Positions 8,096 to 19,400 of a DNA stretch of 45,172 nucleotides are shown one piece after another. The position numbers and the translations under genes were made by a program. Position 1 is the stretch's first letter, and every line of letters starts with the position of its first letter. The DNA lies in the NCBI GenBank assembly GCA_045117095.1, contig JBGUMY010000294.1, forward strand, positions 1 to 45,172. The letters run 5' to 3'. Source of the stretch: Bacteroidaceae bacterium (GTDB lineage: Bacteria > Bacteroidota > Bacteroidia > Bacteroidales > Bacteroidaceae). The notes beneath the pieces were generated by a model. The model saw only the letters and a list, made by a program, of their open reading frames with translations. It ran no database searches and was not told the DNA's origin.

Positions 8096-10168
8096 ATGGG
8101 AGACGTAATTACCAGATTTAAGCTCGAAACGACACAGTTTGACTCCAAGCTGAGAGATGAAGCCAAACGCCTGAGTGATTTGACAAACCAACTATCACTG
8201 GCAGGAAAGGACTTTAATAAGTTCGCACAACAGCACGTGGAGACTGCCCGTTCATTCGGTCAGGTAGCGAGTGGAGCAACCAATCTGAAAGATAAACTAA
8301 GGGATTTGGTCGGCGCGTACAACAAAGTGGCCAATGCATACAATGCCATGGCCAAAGATCAGCAGCAGACAGACTATGGTAAGGCACTGGCAGAAAGTCT
8401 TCAGAAGTTACAGGGCGACATCCGTCAGACTAAGGAAGAAATGAACGCTATGCCTGGTGTACTCGACAAACTGACAGACAGATTCACCGTAAATATAGAT
8501 GCCATCAAATTGTTCAATGTCGGTCTGCAAGCAGCTGAAGGTGCGTTGAAGGTGGCGAAGGATGCGTTCTTTGCATCAGAGGCAAACGTGGACGAGTGGG
8601 GTAGAATCGTACAATCAAGCAAGAGTGTCTATGAAGGATTCCTGACGGCTTTGAACACTGGCGACATCAGCGGTTATCTGAGCCGTATCGACGAGATTGT
8701 GAGTGCTGCCCGTACAGCCTACAACGAATTGGACCGCCTTGGAACGATGAAGACCATCCAGGCACCAGCGATGAGCGCACAGCAGACAGAAAACGAGCGT
8801 ATGAGGATGATGATCCAGACGGGTCGTTATATCGCACCGATGGACGGTCGTAAGGCTACCATGCAGAATGGTCAATTATTGACACCCGATCAGATACGTC
8901 GTATTGAACAGATGCTTCAGGGCGGTATGCAAAAAATGGTGACACTTGTCGGTAATGAAGTGAATCAGACTGGCAAAGCCATTGATGCCCTTTACACCAG
9001 TCAGGCAAAAGACCTCGGTTTGAGTCTGAAAGAGTTCAGGAAAGGCACATCCTCAATGGCTGAGTTTGACAAGCGCATGGCAGGTTATGACCAATATCAG
9101 CAGTGGCGTGCCGCTCATACGACCATCGACCAACAAAGTGGTCGTGAAATTGTAGCGCGTGGTAATCCTTTCGCGCAATATGCCAAATGGGGTGCATTCC
9201 GTGTGGATGGTGACAGATACAATCAGTTGGTGCAACTGATCCAACAGCGCAACCAACAACAATCAAGTGCATATGGTATGCAGTCGCAAGCCTACCGCGC
9301 CATCAACCGTGCAGAGGGTATCACGCTCAACAGCATTATGGGTCGTGGCGGTTCTGGCGGTAGATCTGGCAAAAAGAATATGCCTGAATATGCCGACTTT
9401 TCCAAACTGCTGTTCAAGAATGGTAGTCAGGATTTACAGGCTGAAGCACCATTTATGAGTGTGTTCAGTATGCTGAAAGATAAGTCGGAATTTGACCCTG
9501 AAAATATTCTTGGATCAAAGAGCGCATGGGAGAGTTATAAAGATACAATCACAGAAACCGTTGGAAGCGTCGGCGAATCAATGAGTAACCTCACGCAGTG
9601 GACTGCTGATTTTAATCCTTACAAGGAGAATATGGATAAACTCACCAAGTCTGCCAAGCAGAACCAGATGGCGATGGGTCTTGCTTCGCAAGCCGTGAAT
9701 GCCTTTGGCTCCGCACTTTCAGGCATGGAAGATCCAGGTGCGAAAGCAGCGGGTACGGTGATGCAGGCACTTGGTAGTATCGCCCTCGGTTTTGCAATGG
9801 CCTCTGCTCAAGCGAACACCGCCGGCACAGGTTGGGGATGGCTTGCTTGGGTGGCCGCTGGTTTGGCAGCCATGACCACCGCCATCAGCACCGTGCATCA
9901 GCTAACAGGCTACGCACAAGGTGGTATTGTGGAAGGAAATTCGTACAGTGGCGATAATATGATGTTCGGTGGCGACGGGCTGTATGGTCTGAATGCTGGT
10001 GAGTTAGTGCTCACGAAAGCGCAACAAAGCACGTTAGCGAGTGCGCTCCAGGGCAACGGACTTCAGAACATGAACATCGCAGGCAGGATCAAGGGCACGG
10101 ACATCATTCTTTCGATCGACCGCTCACTGAAACTTGAAGGCAAGCAACTGCTGACATGGGGACGATGA
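8096..10168 (+). CDS. Tail tape measure protein
   Basis: 690 aa. Long helical N-terminal part, then a Gly/Ala-rich hydrophobic block (GSIALGFAMASAQANTAGTGWGWLAWVAAGLAAM), then GGIVEG...NAGELVLT, as is typical of tape measure proteins. Confidence 0.8.
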   Translation: MGDVITRFKLETTQFDSKLRDEAKRLSDLTNQLSLAGKDFNKFAQQHVETARSFGQVASGATNLKDKLRDLVGAYNKVANAYNAMAKDQQQTDYGKALAESLQKLQGDIRQTKEEMNAMPGVLDKLTDRFTVNIDAIKLFNVGLQAAEGALKVAKDAFFASEANVDEWGRIVQSSKSVYEGFLTALNTGDISGYLSRIDEIVSAARTAYNELDRLGTMKTIQAPAMSAQQTENERMRMMIQTGRYIAPMDGRKATMQNGQLLTPDQIRRIEQMLQGGMQKMVTLVGNEVNQTGKAIDALYTSQAKDLGLSLKEFRKGTSSMAEFDKRMAGYDQYQQWRAAHTTIDQQSGREIVARGNPFAQYAKWGAFRVDGDRYNQLVQLIQQRNQQQSSAYGMQSQAYRAINRAEGITLNSIMGRGGSGGRSGKKNMPEYADFSKLLFKNGSQDLQAEAPFMSVFSMLKDKSEFDPENILGSKSAWESYKDTITETVGSVGESMSNLTQWTADFNPYKENMDKLTKSAKQNQMAMGLASQAVNAFGSALSGMEDPGAKAAGTVMQALGSIALGFAMASAQANTAGTGWGWLAWVAAGLAAMTTAISTVHQLTGYAQGGIVEGNSYSGDNMMFGGDGLYGLNAGELVLTKAQQSTLASALQGNGLQNMNIAGRIKGTDIILSIDRSLKLEGKQLLTWGR

Positions 10169-10204
10169 AAGGTAAAAAGGTAAAAGGGTAAAAAAGTAAA
10201 AGAT

Positions 10205-10576
10205 ATGGCAGTATTAGGTAATAACATCATCGTGTTTATGAACGGGCAGGCAATAGCCGGCACGAAGAGCGACGAGATACAGGTGGATAGTGAGACCATC
10301 GAGATAGCCAGCGAGACGGATCAGGATTGGGTGCATGTGTTGGCAGGGCGCAAGTCGTGGAGTCTGAACGTGGGTTGGCTCGTGCTGGCCAATCAGGACG
10401 TGAGAAAGGTGCTGCTGGCTGGTTCGGTAGTCACCATCAAGATAAAAGCGCGTGGCGAAAGCGACAGCAGCGGACTTCAAAGCGCGGCCATCCTGAAGAC
10501 GGTGAAGATCACCGCAGTCAGGGGAAATTTGGCAAATGGCTCTTTCGCTTTCGTCGGTAACGGACCATTAATATAA
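10205..10576 (+). CDS. Small tail-tube-fold protein (TP901-1/Phage_tail_2-like pattern)
   Basis: The GTKSDEIQVDSETIEIASETDQDWVHVLAGRKSWSLNVGW ... FVGNGPL pattern is shared with the N-terminus of the 29018 gene product. Confidence 0.4.
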   Translation: MAVLGNNIIVFMNGQAIAGTKSDEIQVDSETIEIASETDQDWVHVLAGRKSWSLNVGWLVLANQDVRKVLLAGSVVTIKIKARGESDSSGLQSAAILKTVKITAVRGNLANGSFAFVGNGPLI

Positions 10577-10583
10577 GACAGTT

Positions 10584-12662
10584 ATGGCAATCCATTGGCA
10601 AGTGAAATTCAAGACGCTCCGAGGTGGCAAGGTGCTCACGGCATCGGTCTATGACAACCTCTATTCAGGGCAGCCAATCGCCCTGAAGGGAGGTGCAGAG
10701 CCATTCGTGACCGAGGAGGACAACGACGACGACCCCTTCAAGGCTATCCGCACCCAGACGGGCTCGCTCCGCATTGTGGATGATGGTTACGCGCTCGACG
10801 GGGTGACGCCGTTCAACTGGCGCGACCTGCAACCGCGCAGCGACCACGACCGCCCCGTGATCCTAACAGATGAGAACGACACGATACTCTGGCAGGGATT
10901 CCTCCAGGCACAAAACTTCAGCGGCACGCTCTACGAGAAGACACAGGAGCGGGAGTTCCCCCTTCAGTGCGCCCTGTCTATTCTTTCATCACAATACCCC
11001 ACAACCACCGATGCGGGCATCGTGAACTTTGCATATTTGCTCAATTACATTTCGACTACCATCAGCACACAGAGTTCATCGTTGGTATCTTTTACAGAGT
11101 TTATCATCCAGGGCGGTGGCGACGCACGTCGTTGGCTGTTGAAGAAGTTCCAGTGGTCCAACCTTCTCGATTCGGACAGTGAGCAGAACGTGACTGCCAA
11201 GTACGACCTTTTCACCTGTATGGAAGACCTATGCAACTACTGGGGTTGGCAGGCCAGAACAGAGGGCACAAGGCTCTATCTGATGTGTCAGGACGACGAT
11301 GACGAGCAGCGCACCATCACCTTCACACCGTCACAGTTAGCATCTATGGCCGCAGGATCATGGAGTGGTGGCACTGAAGATGAAGATCCGTTTGTGCGCC
11401 AAAATTTGACAGGCAACATTTTTGCAAGCAACGACAACGACGATATGTTCATGAGTGGCCCTTCAAAGGTGATTGTGAAGGCTGATTGCAACGAACAGAG
11501 TACCGTCGTGACCTTTGCACCTCCGACGGTTCAGAAGCAGATGGACGATGCAGGCAGCTACACCTGGGTGCGCGGTGAGGAGGATAACACTGGTTACTAT
11601 ACCACACCTTTGATTACCAGCTTTGATAGTAATGTTTTGGCTGGTACCGCCGTCTCAGGAAATGGAGGATTCTGCCGACGCCAGTATTACTCATCAACAG
11701 AGCAGGACAACCCAACGAAGCTCGACATGATTGTCGTAAACAGTTGGGATCACACGCAGAACACCCCGACCATCCAGCTTCAGACAAAGCGCATGATGTC
11801 CTTTTCAAATGGTACGCTGAAGATTGGCGGTGAGGTGTATTTATCTGAAAAGCAATGGGAGGACGATGATAACAACGACTTCATTGTGGCTAATATCGGC
11901 ATCGGCATGACTCGTGAGACTGCAAAATGGTATTACCTCGGATGCTCGCCTGTTGGAGTCATCACTCACGGCTGGGGTGATGCCAAGACGAAAGTGAACT
12001 TGGTTGTGAATGGCAGTATCAAAGGTACAGGAATCTACATATACACAGGAGCTTTCAATCTCGACAGTATCATCGAAGGAATACCAGTGCCTGCCACGCT
12101 TTCTGGTTATGTCTTCGTTGATATTATAGGAGGTTTGTATCAATCCACACAAATCATGGAATCTTTTGCCATCGGTAATCTGAAGATTGAGTTCAGTCGT
12201 GAGAGCACCTTCATCCCTTCAACAACCAGCCAGAGCACCCGTCCGCGCCTGGTGTCAAAAGATCGTGTATCTACAAAGGAATATACTGCAACTAACGGAA
12301 ACGCCATCAGCTCCGAGCAGAATATTGATAATGTATATGCAACCGACAACGATATGAAGTATGGCTTTGGACTTGTTATGAACGAGGACAACAGTTATAT
12401 GACCATTGCAGAATATCGATACCAGACTCAGTATGCGAGACCTGAGCAGCATTTCGCAAATCGAATAGCTGACTATTGGGACCAGTCTAAACGATGCGTG
12501 ACTACCGACCTGCGCACAGAGGTTGTGGAACCAATCACCCCGCTCAGCCACCTGGTTCTTGACGGCACGCAGTTCCGCACGCTGGCTATCAGCCATCAGT
12601 GGCGAGACGATGTGACCACAGTTAAGATGATACAATCACTAATTGAAATAGAAGAGGATTAG
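10584..12662 (+). CDS. Distal-tail/baseplate-type structural protein
   Basis: 692-aa ORF directly after the tape measure and tube-like genes. Assigned by position. Confidence 0.5.
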   Translation: MAIHWQVKFKTLRGGKVLTASVYDNLYSGQPIALKGGAEPFVTEEDNDDDPFKAIRTQTGSLRIVDDGYALDGVTPFNWRDLQPRSDHDRPVILTDENDTILWQGFLQAQNFSGTLYEKTQEREFPLQCALSILSSQYPTTTDAGIVNFAYLLNYISTTISTQSSSLVSFTEFIIQGGGDARRWLLKKFQWSNLLDSDSEQNVTAKYDLFTCMEDLCNYWGWQARTEGTRLYLMCQDDDDEQRTITFTPSQLASMAAGSWSGGTEDEDPFVRQNLTGNIFASNDNDDMFMSGPSKVIVKADCNEQSTVVTFAPPTVQKQMDDAGSYTWVRGEEDNTGYYTTPLITSFDSNVLAGTAVSGNGGFCRRQYYSSTEQDNPTKLDMIVVNSWDHTQNTPTIQLQTKRMMSFSNGTLKIGGEVYLSEKQWEDDDNNDFIVANIGIGMTRETAKWYYLGCSPVGVITHGWGDAKTKVNLVVNGSIKGTGIYIYTGAFNLDSIIEGIPVPATLSGYVFVDIIGGLYQSTQIMESFAIGNLKIEFSRESTFIPSTTSQSTRPRLVSKDRVSTKEYTATNGNAISSEQNIDNVYATDNDMKYGFGLVMNEDNSYMTIAEYRYQTQYARPEQHFANRIADYWDQSKRCVTTDLRTEVVEPITPLSHLVLDGTQFRTLAISHQWRDDVTTVKMIQSLIEIEED

Positions 12663-12664
12663 AT

Positions 12665-13864
12665 ATGAAAAGTATTTCGAGAGATGAAGTGTTAAGATGG
12701 GTTAGCGGTCCAAAGTCTCAAGGCGGGAGCGGTGTCGGTGGCGGGAGCGTCGATCTCGCTGGATATGCCACGCAGATATGGACCGAACAGAACTATGTCG
12801 GCAAGGAGTTTTTCAGTTCGCTGTTCAAGGCGTATGATGCCAACGGAAATGAGGTGCTGCCAAACGACACCGACACCCAGATTGACAACATCAAGGCGAT
12901 GTTCGGGTTCTGGACGGAGTTTTATGTCAGTGCCCTCGGTACTGGCGGTCAGAGCACCGTCGGCCTGCGCCTGGCTCAGTTGGCCGATGTAAATGTGGCT
13001 GGTGTTACCAACGGTCAGGTGCTCACCTACGACACCACATCGGGTAAATGGATAGCCAGCACCCCGCAGTCGGGCACAGATATGGCCACCGTCTGGGCGA
13101 ACCTCGCAGCCAACGGCAATCAGCAGATCAACTACAGTCATCTATCGGGTGCTATCAGTCTGAGTGGTAATACTATCACCATCGGCAGTGCAAGCATTAC
13201 ACCAATCACCAGCCACCAAAGTCTCGCAGGCTATGCCACAGAACAGTGGGTCGGACAGAACTATCTCCCATTGGCAGGTGGCACCATCACGGGAAGCCTT
13301 ACTGTTAATAAAACACTATCAACTGGAGGAAAAACCACAGTTGGCGGTGATCTGACCGTGAATGGCGGAGACTTGACGGTCAACGAACCAAACTCAAGCG
13401 GTGCACCTGCAATATGGTTCCAGTCTGGCGGTACAACATACGGAAATCTCCGAGTAAAGGCAAGCAACGGAGAATTTTATTTTTACAATGGTACAAATGG
13501 CGACGGTCAATCCTCAGCATGTGTAAATGCAGGTTGGTTCTATTCTTATGGTCAGGTGACAGCTCTCTCTGACGAACGCAAAAAGAACGTGGTTGGCGAG
13601 ATCGAGTTGACCATAGAGCAGATAGCAAATGCTCGGGCCGTGAAGTTCTATTGGAAAGACAAGCGCGACACTGATCTGCATGTCGGCTCTATCGCCCAGG
13701 ACTGGCAGAAGATTCTGCCGCAAGCAGTATTTGAGAAGGACGGAGAACTCTCGATGGACTACTCGGTGATTGCGCTGATGTGTGGCATCACCATCGCCCG
13801 CAAGGTGGAAGACCACGAAGAGCGATTGAATCGTCTTGAAAGAATATTAAGCATTAAACCCTAA
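12665..13864 (+). CDS. Tail fibre/spike with C-terminal Peptidase_S74 intramolecular-chaperone domain
   Basis: ALSDERKKNV...VKFYWKD...HVGSIAQDWQKILPQAV...SMDYSVI...RLNRLE matches the self-cleaving chaperone domain of fibres and endosialidases. Confidence 0.7.
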   Translation: MKSISRDEVLRWVSGPKSQGGSGVGGGSVDLAGYATQIWTEQNYVGKEFFSSLFKAYDANGNEVLPNDTDTQIDNIKAMFGFWTEFYVSALGTGGQSTVGLRLAQLADVNVAGVTNGQVLTYDTTSGKWIASTPQSGTDMATVWANLAANGNQQINYSHLSGAISLSGNTITIGSASITPITSHQSLAGYATEQWVGQNYLPLAGGTITGSLTVNKTLSTGGKTTVGGDLTVNGGDLTVNEPNSSGAPAIWFQSGGTTYGNLRVKASNGEFYFYNGTNGDGQSSACVNAGWFYSYGQVTALSDERKKNVVGEIELTIEQIANARAVKFYWKDKRDTDLHVGSIAQDWQKILPQAVFEKDGELSMDYSVIALMCGITIARKVEDHEERLNRLERILSIKP

Positions 13865-13868
13865 AAAC

Positions 13869-15170
13869 ATGGCACACAGTTCAACCGTTATATCAGCCCC
13901 CGTCAACATGCCGACCGACCTCGCGGCGGTGTTAGGCATCTCCGGCACAGACCTTGCCACGGCCTGTCAGTCGTCGGCCATCAATATGTGGGCGAAATAT
14001 AAGCCTATTGCTTACCCAAAGGTGGGTATTATGACTGACAGCGATTTCGCAGCAGATATGGGCGCAGGCACATCATATCGTATTACTTGGGGCATCAAGC
14101 GAATTGCTTCTTATAACTATTCCGATTTTGAGGTAAATGGAGTAATTAAGACCCAGGTGTGGACGTGGAACTATCCGACAGGAGGTAGCGGTGCGCCATA
14201 TCGTCTTGCTGACTTCAATGGCTACTATCATCGTGCCGTTCCACCTATCGAAATACACACAGATCCGTCGAGCCAGATCGCCATACCAAGTGAGCCGACG
14301 GCATCGGGATCGATCATGAGTTTTGTGTTCGAATTTGGTAATGCCGTGTCGGGATGGTATTCTGATAAATGTATTTCCATCGGTACGTTCTTCACATCAA
14401 CGGAGCTTGGCTACTATCCTACGATACAGATGATCTGCAAGATCGGTGGTAGTGTATGGAGATATGCAGTGTCGGCAGAGAATACGGTGCAAGGATTCAT
14501 CAACAGTGGAAACCCGATGGGCTACGTGCTGGTAGATACGCAGAAGATGAAGAGCGTATTCGGTTCCGACGCCTGTATGAACGCTGGTGCCGTGTGGACT
14601 GCCTGCCTGATCCTCACACCATCAAGATATGCAGGAGAGTCAGGAAGTTACCTGATCAATAGCGGCTCTATCGGCAGACTGGAATATTCGGCTGGTGTAG
14701 ATCGCAAATCTTACACCGTGACGAACACTTTGGTAGTCGATAAGATCACAGCACTCCAATTCACCGTCACAATGGCCTACAACAGTAGCACTGGCAGATA
14801 CTACGTCGCAAGCGTGGTGGCATCGGCATCGAAGAACACCAACGACCCTGTACCTTTGACAATTAGGATCACAATAACGTGTGTTGGTGGTACGATTGTC
14901 GGAGGTTCACCGTCAGGCAATCAGATTGTGGTGAGCGATTCTTTCGACCTTCCGCAGGGATCAAGTCCTTACTCTCAGACCTATTCAGGTAGCGCACTGA
15001 CAACTCCAGAATATTATTGGACTTCAGAACAATCATCTCAGCTTGGCGGTCATAAGCCTGTCAGCATCGGTGTGGAGTTTATTCCTGGCTCTGGCTATGG
15101 AACGCTAAACGGAAACGTCTCTATCGACTGCTCTACATCTACATTGTCGGCAACAAAAGTTATCAAATAA
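13869..15170 (+). CDS. Structural protein of unknown function (fibre module)
   Basis: 433-aa Ser/Thr/Gly-rich ORF starting 5 nt after the fibre gene. Confidence 0.45.
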   Translation: MAHSSTVISAPVNMPTDLAAVLGISGTDLATACQSSAINMWAKYKPIAYPKVGIMTDSDFAADMGAGTSYRITWGIKRIASYNYSDFEVNGVIKTQVWTWNYPTGGSGAPYRLADFNGYYHRAVPPIEIHTDPSSQIAIPSEPTASGSIMSFVFEFGNAVSGWYSDKCISIGTFFTSTELGYYPTIQMICKIGGSVWRYAVSAENTVQGFINSGNPMGYVLVDTQKMKSVFGSDACMNAGAVWTACLILTPSRYAGESGSYLINSGSIGRLEYSAGVDRKSYTVTNTLVVDKITALQFTVTMAYNSSTGRYYVASVVASASKNTNDPVPLTIRITITCVGGTIVGGSPSGNQIVVSDSFDLPQGSSPYSQTYSGSALTTPEYYWTSEQSSQLGGHKPVSIGVEFIPGSGYGTLNGNVSIDCSTSTLSATKVIK

Positions 15171-15206
15171 AAAAAATAAATGTTTAACAATTAAAATTTC
15201 AAGATT

Positions 15207-15419
15207 ATGGCAGAATGTGATTTTTCATGGTTCAAGCTCGCATCATTCTTTGGTGCAGCTGTATTAGTAGTATTGGCTTTCATCCTGATTGGAAGCGGTA
15301 TCTCTCAAGTAGTTGACCACAACACAACTTATGGCGTGGCAAGTATTCTCGGCGGACTGATTAGCGCAGTTGTAGCGTATGCTATTTACCAAAACTATCA
15401 GCGTAAGACAAAAAACTAA
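15207..15419 (+). CDS. Small two-TM membrane protein
   Basis: Hydrophobic segments FFGAAVLVVLAFILIGSGI and VASILGGLISAVVAYAIY. Confidence 0.5.
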   Translation: MAECDFSWFKLASFFGAAVLVVLAFILIGSGISQVVDHNTTYGVASILGGLISAVVAYAIYQNYQRKTKN

Positions 15420-15435
15420 TAAAAAGTAAGGAACT

Positions 15436-15693
15436 ATGAAGAAAGTGAATTTTCGTGAGATCGTCATCGAAGATATTCGAGGCGAGAAGGTAAAGGCAGA
15501 CTTCCATGAAGTGCTGGGGAACCAGTTGTATATGCAGGGACGCGACATCAAGGAATGCGAACTCGGTCGTAAGATATATTTCGCTGAAGGCGAGATCGAG
15601 ATCACCGATGACGAGGCGAAGATCGTGCGCGAGGCCGTCAAAGGATGGAGTTACGTGGCGCGAACTGCCATCGAAAAGATGCTTGACACATAA
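15436..15693 (+). CDS. Hypothetical protein
   Basis: AGTAAGGAACT leader before the ATG. Confidence 0.5.
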   Translation: MKKVNFREIVIEDIRGEKVKADFHEVLGNQLYMQGRDIKECELGRKIYFAEGEIEITDDEAKIVREAVKGWSYVARTAIEKMLDT

Positions 15694-15750
15694 GACGTTT
15701 TCATCATAGTGTTATAATTAATAATTGTATTTAATTTTTTGGAAATTCTC

Positions 15751-15774
15751 GGGGAGCAGCGGCTCCCCTTTTTT
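15751..15774 (+). terminator. Rho-independent terminator
   Basis: GGGGAGC-AGCG-GCTCCCC followed by T6. Confidence 0.75.
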
Positions 15775-15804
15775 GTTTACGGTCCCTGAGCTTGTAGAAG
15801 GGTT

Positions 15805-15834
15805 GGTAAACCCACGACCATATTTCGGGCGAAT
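15805..15834 (+). promoter_or_regulatory. GGTAAAC-N18-CGAAT bipartite motif
   Basis: GTAAAC at 15806-15811, 18 nt, CGAAT at 15830-15834. ATG 15861 is 27 nt downstream. Confidence 0.55.
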
Positions 15835-15860
15835 TGGTAGATAAAATATAGTTTTGAAAT

Positions 15861-16430
15861 ATGGCAGAAATGAACATTTTCCAGCGCGGTGATAAGGCGA
15901 AATTCATCATCACCTCGCAAAACGTGAACCTCAACATGGAGACGTGCGACTTCTATGTGGAGCTGATCTATGGCATGAGGTCCGATAAGATAGTCATCCA
16001 GAAGGCCGACATGCTCTACGGCACCGATGGCGAGTATTTGTTAATATTCGACACCTCGAAGATGATTGGTAAGATCAAGGCCCGCTTCGTGTGGTATTGC
16101 ATCGACACCGATGTTGATCCCAACAACCGCCGTCAGGAGGTGGATGAGCAGTATATTGGCTTCGTGGTTGACACCCCGTGTCCGCAGCTCTTCACCTGTC
16201 CGAAATGCTCAAGTGAAGGTCATGATGTGCGCTACGAATTGACTGATGAGCCAGACATTGCAGCCAAGTACCTGCGTCTGTGCGTCACCGAGACGGTCAT
16301 CCCAGAGCATGGCGAACCATACCCCATCTACCGACCGCTCGTCACCCGCAACGACGAATATCTCTACGTGCTTCGTGAGAGTGCCGACGCACTGGCCGAG
16401 GCTCTGAATAACGCGAATAGTAATAACTAA
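15861..16430 (+). CDS. Hypothetical protein (CPQLFTCPKC Cys cluster), first gene of the DGR-target transcription unit
   Basis: ORF follows a terminator and then a promoter motif. Confidence 0.5.
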   Translation: MAEMNIFQRGDKAKFIITSQNVNLNMETCDFYVELIYGMRSDKIVIQKADMLYGTDGEYLLIFDTSKMIGKIKARFVWYCIDTDVDPNNRRQEVDEQYIGFVVDTPCPQLFTCPKCSSEGHDVRYELTDEPDIAAKYLRLCVTETVIPEHGEPYPIYRPLVTRNDEYLYVLRESADALAEALNNANSNN

Positions 16431-16445
16431 AAAAACATCAATATT

Positions 16446-19400
16446 ATGGCAGATTACAGACTTTCACAATCAGGCGACGAGGTGCAGAACATCCTCGACA
16501 ACGCCGCATTGCGTGCTCAGCTGACCGCAGAGACCGAACGCGCCACAGATGCGGAAACCCATTTGCAACAGAACATCAATGCCGAGGCGCAAACACGCGA
16601 GCAGGCCGACGGAACTTTGCAACAGCACATCACCGCACTGGCTGACCAGATCGCGCAGACACTCAACAACTACTATCTGAAGAGTGAGACGATGAGCGCA
16701 CAGGAGATTCAGACGCTCGTCTCGCAGACCATCGCAGCCTACTACACCAAGTTGCAGGTGGACGCGCTGATCCACGACTTCATCACGGCAAGCGTTGACA
16801 ATCTCGTGAACTACTACTTGAAGAGCGAGACCTTCACCAAGGACGAGGTGAACCAGCTCATCGCTGCCGTGAAGCAGTTCCGCTATCAGAGTGTACCCAC
16901 CCTGCCGACGGCATCTGCCGACACGATGGGCATCATATTCCTCGTACCCAGTACCAATCCCAAGACCAAGAACACCAAGGACGAGTTCATCACCACGTCA
17001 TCGACCAACGAGCAGGGTGTGACCGTCTATGACTGGGAACAGATAGGCACAACCACGGTAGACCTGTCGGGCTACTCAACCACCGAGCAGATGAACGCTG
17101 CCATCGCCAGTGCCATCAGCACGGCACTCGCCTCCTACTATACCAAGAGTGAGACCATGAGCACGGCACAGGTCAATGCCGCCATCGAGCAGGCCGTCAA
17201 CACGGCTCTTGCCAACTACTACACCAAAGCGCAGACTGACGCAGCCATCAGCACAGCACTGAATACGGCACTCGCGTCGTACTACACCAAGGCTGAGACC
17301 AACGGGCTGCTGGACACCATCCGACAGAGCATCACAGCCGAAACTGGTGCCCGCACCGAGGCCGATGCAGCCCTGCGCCAGCTAATCAACCAGGTAAGTG
17401 CCTCGCTGGTGAACTACTACCTGAAGACAGAGACCTATTCAAAGTCTGAGGTGCAGCAGCTCATCGATGCCGTGAAGCAGTTCCAGTATCTGGTGGTTCC
17501 GACACTGCCCGCCACACCGGGCCCAGACACGATGGGCATCATATTCCTCGTACCAAGCACCAACCCCAAGACGCAAAACGTAAAAGACGAGTATATCACC
17601 ATTCTCGACGGCTCTACCTACAAGTGGGAGCATATCGGTGACACGAACATCGACCTCTCTGGCTATTCAACAACTGCCGAGATGAATGCCGCCATTGCCA
17701 GCGCACTGACCGCCTACTACACTAAGGAGCAGGTGGACGGGATGGTGGCTACTATCAACGCTGCTATCGCGCAGAAGGCGGCACAGAGCGACCTGACCGC
17801 CGAGGTTTCACGCGCTCAGCAGGCGGAGCAGGCCAACGCGGATGCCATCGCCGCGCTCCAGGACATCGTTGCTGACATTGAGACCATTGCCGAGGGCTAT
17901 GTGCGCGTGGCTGGCTCGTCTTCTCCGGCACTCAGTTATAAGTCATACAAGTACCATGAGCAGGGCGGCTTCGGACGTGAGAGCGTGTTCTCGCTGTTCT
18001 ATCCTTGCTTGGTAGGCACACCGCTGACGGGTGCAGGCACGGAGGGCAAGGTGCTGCATGTGCTTCAGAAGTTCGGTGCAAGGACGATTGACGGTACTCC
18101 GAAGTGGCTCGACATCTACGGCACGCCTCATGCCATCGACGGCTCAGAGGGTGACGTGTTGATTGTGAACATCGAGCCGTTCTACAGCATCAACGGAAAG
18201 CACGTCATTGAGGGCACAGAGTATGACGTGTTCCTCATGTCGCGCACACCGTTCACCTGGCAGGGCATCGAGGCAGAGCACATGGAGAAGTTCGGCTGGA
18301 GTCCTGACTACTGCGTGAGCCATACGGACACCGACAACGTGGTGCGTATGCACTCTGTCTATAACCCTGCGTGGAACGGCTCATACCAAGCACCTCAAGG
18401 CGTGGCTGGCAAGTATGTCTATTCTGTTGACCCAGAGACGGGCGACATCGTGGAGACCTACGATGCCAACGAGACGCTGCTGGGCGGTGCAGGTGGCTTG
18501 CACTCTACCGACATCAACCTGCCCGACGGCGAGCAGCGTGCCATGAACATGAACGCCGACCCGACGAAGACCGTGCCCTGGATGAACCAGACGGCAGAGG
18601 GTAGCAACCGTCTGATGTCGCTGATACTGGCAGAGGGTGGTACGTTCGATGCGCACAACGCAACTCGCATGGGTAGCGGCTTCTCTTCCAACGACCCAGC
18701 CACAGCCGCAGGCGACTGGGATCAGGCGGGCAGCGGTGCAAAGAACGGACTGCGCGTGATGGATAAGAACGGCGCATGGAAGTACTACGGATTTAACGGC
18801 AACGTCCGCTTCCTGAAGGGTGCGACAACGGGTACGGTGAATGCCGCTGAGGTCATCAACTCATGGAGAAATCCGTGGCACATTATGGAGGCACATCGTG
18901 CGATGTCCTATGCCATCGAGAACGACGTGCATGAGTTGGAGTGGTTTGTCTTCGAGGGCAACAAGTACAAGTACCGCAGCGTGCAAGACTTCAACGGTCC
19001 GAGTCACGGCGAGATGACCTGCGTGGTGTGGAAGCTCATGGCAACACAGGCTGGTGCCAACGCTATCGATCCGTCAGACAACGCCACAAGCATAGCCGGC
19101 AACCGCGTGGAGATACTCGTCAGCACGGCACTCGTTCACGGCATGACTACGCAGGTGTCGCCATCGTGGTGGACTTCAGGACTGTTGTTTACGGAAGATG
19201 AGAACGGACAGTATGAGTGCTTTATCGAGCGCGACCAGGCAGAGGTGGTGAAGAGCATTGCCGCCGACAACTACGATCCCGCAACGCCACGAGACTTTGA
19301 GACCATCTACGACCACGTGCTGACCGTGCAGAAAGGTGAAGGCTATGCCAAGAACTATCTCAACGGTGCGCTGATGCTTCCTGACAGCAATGCCAACAAG

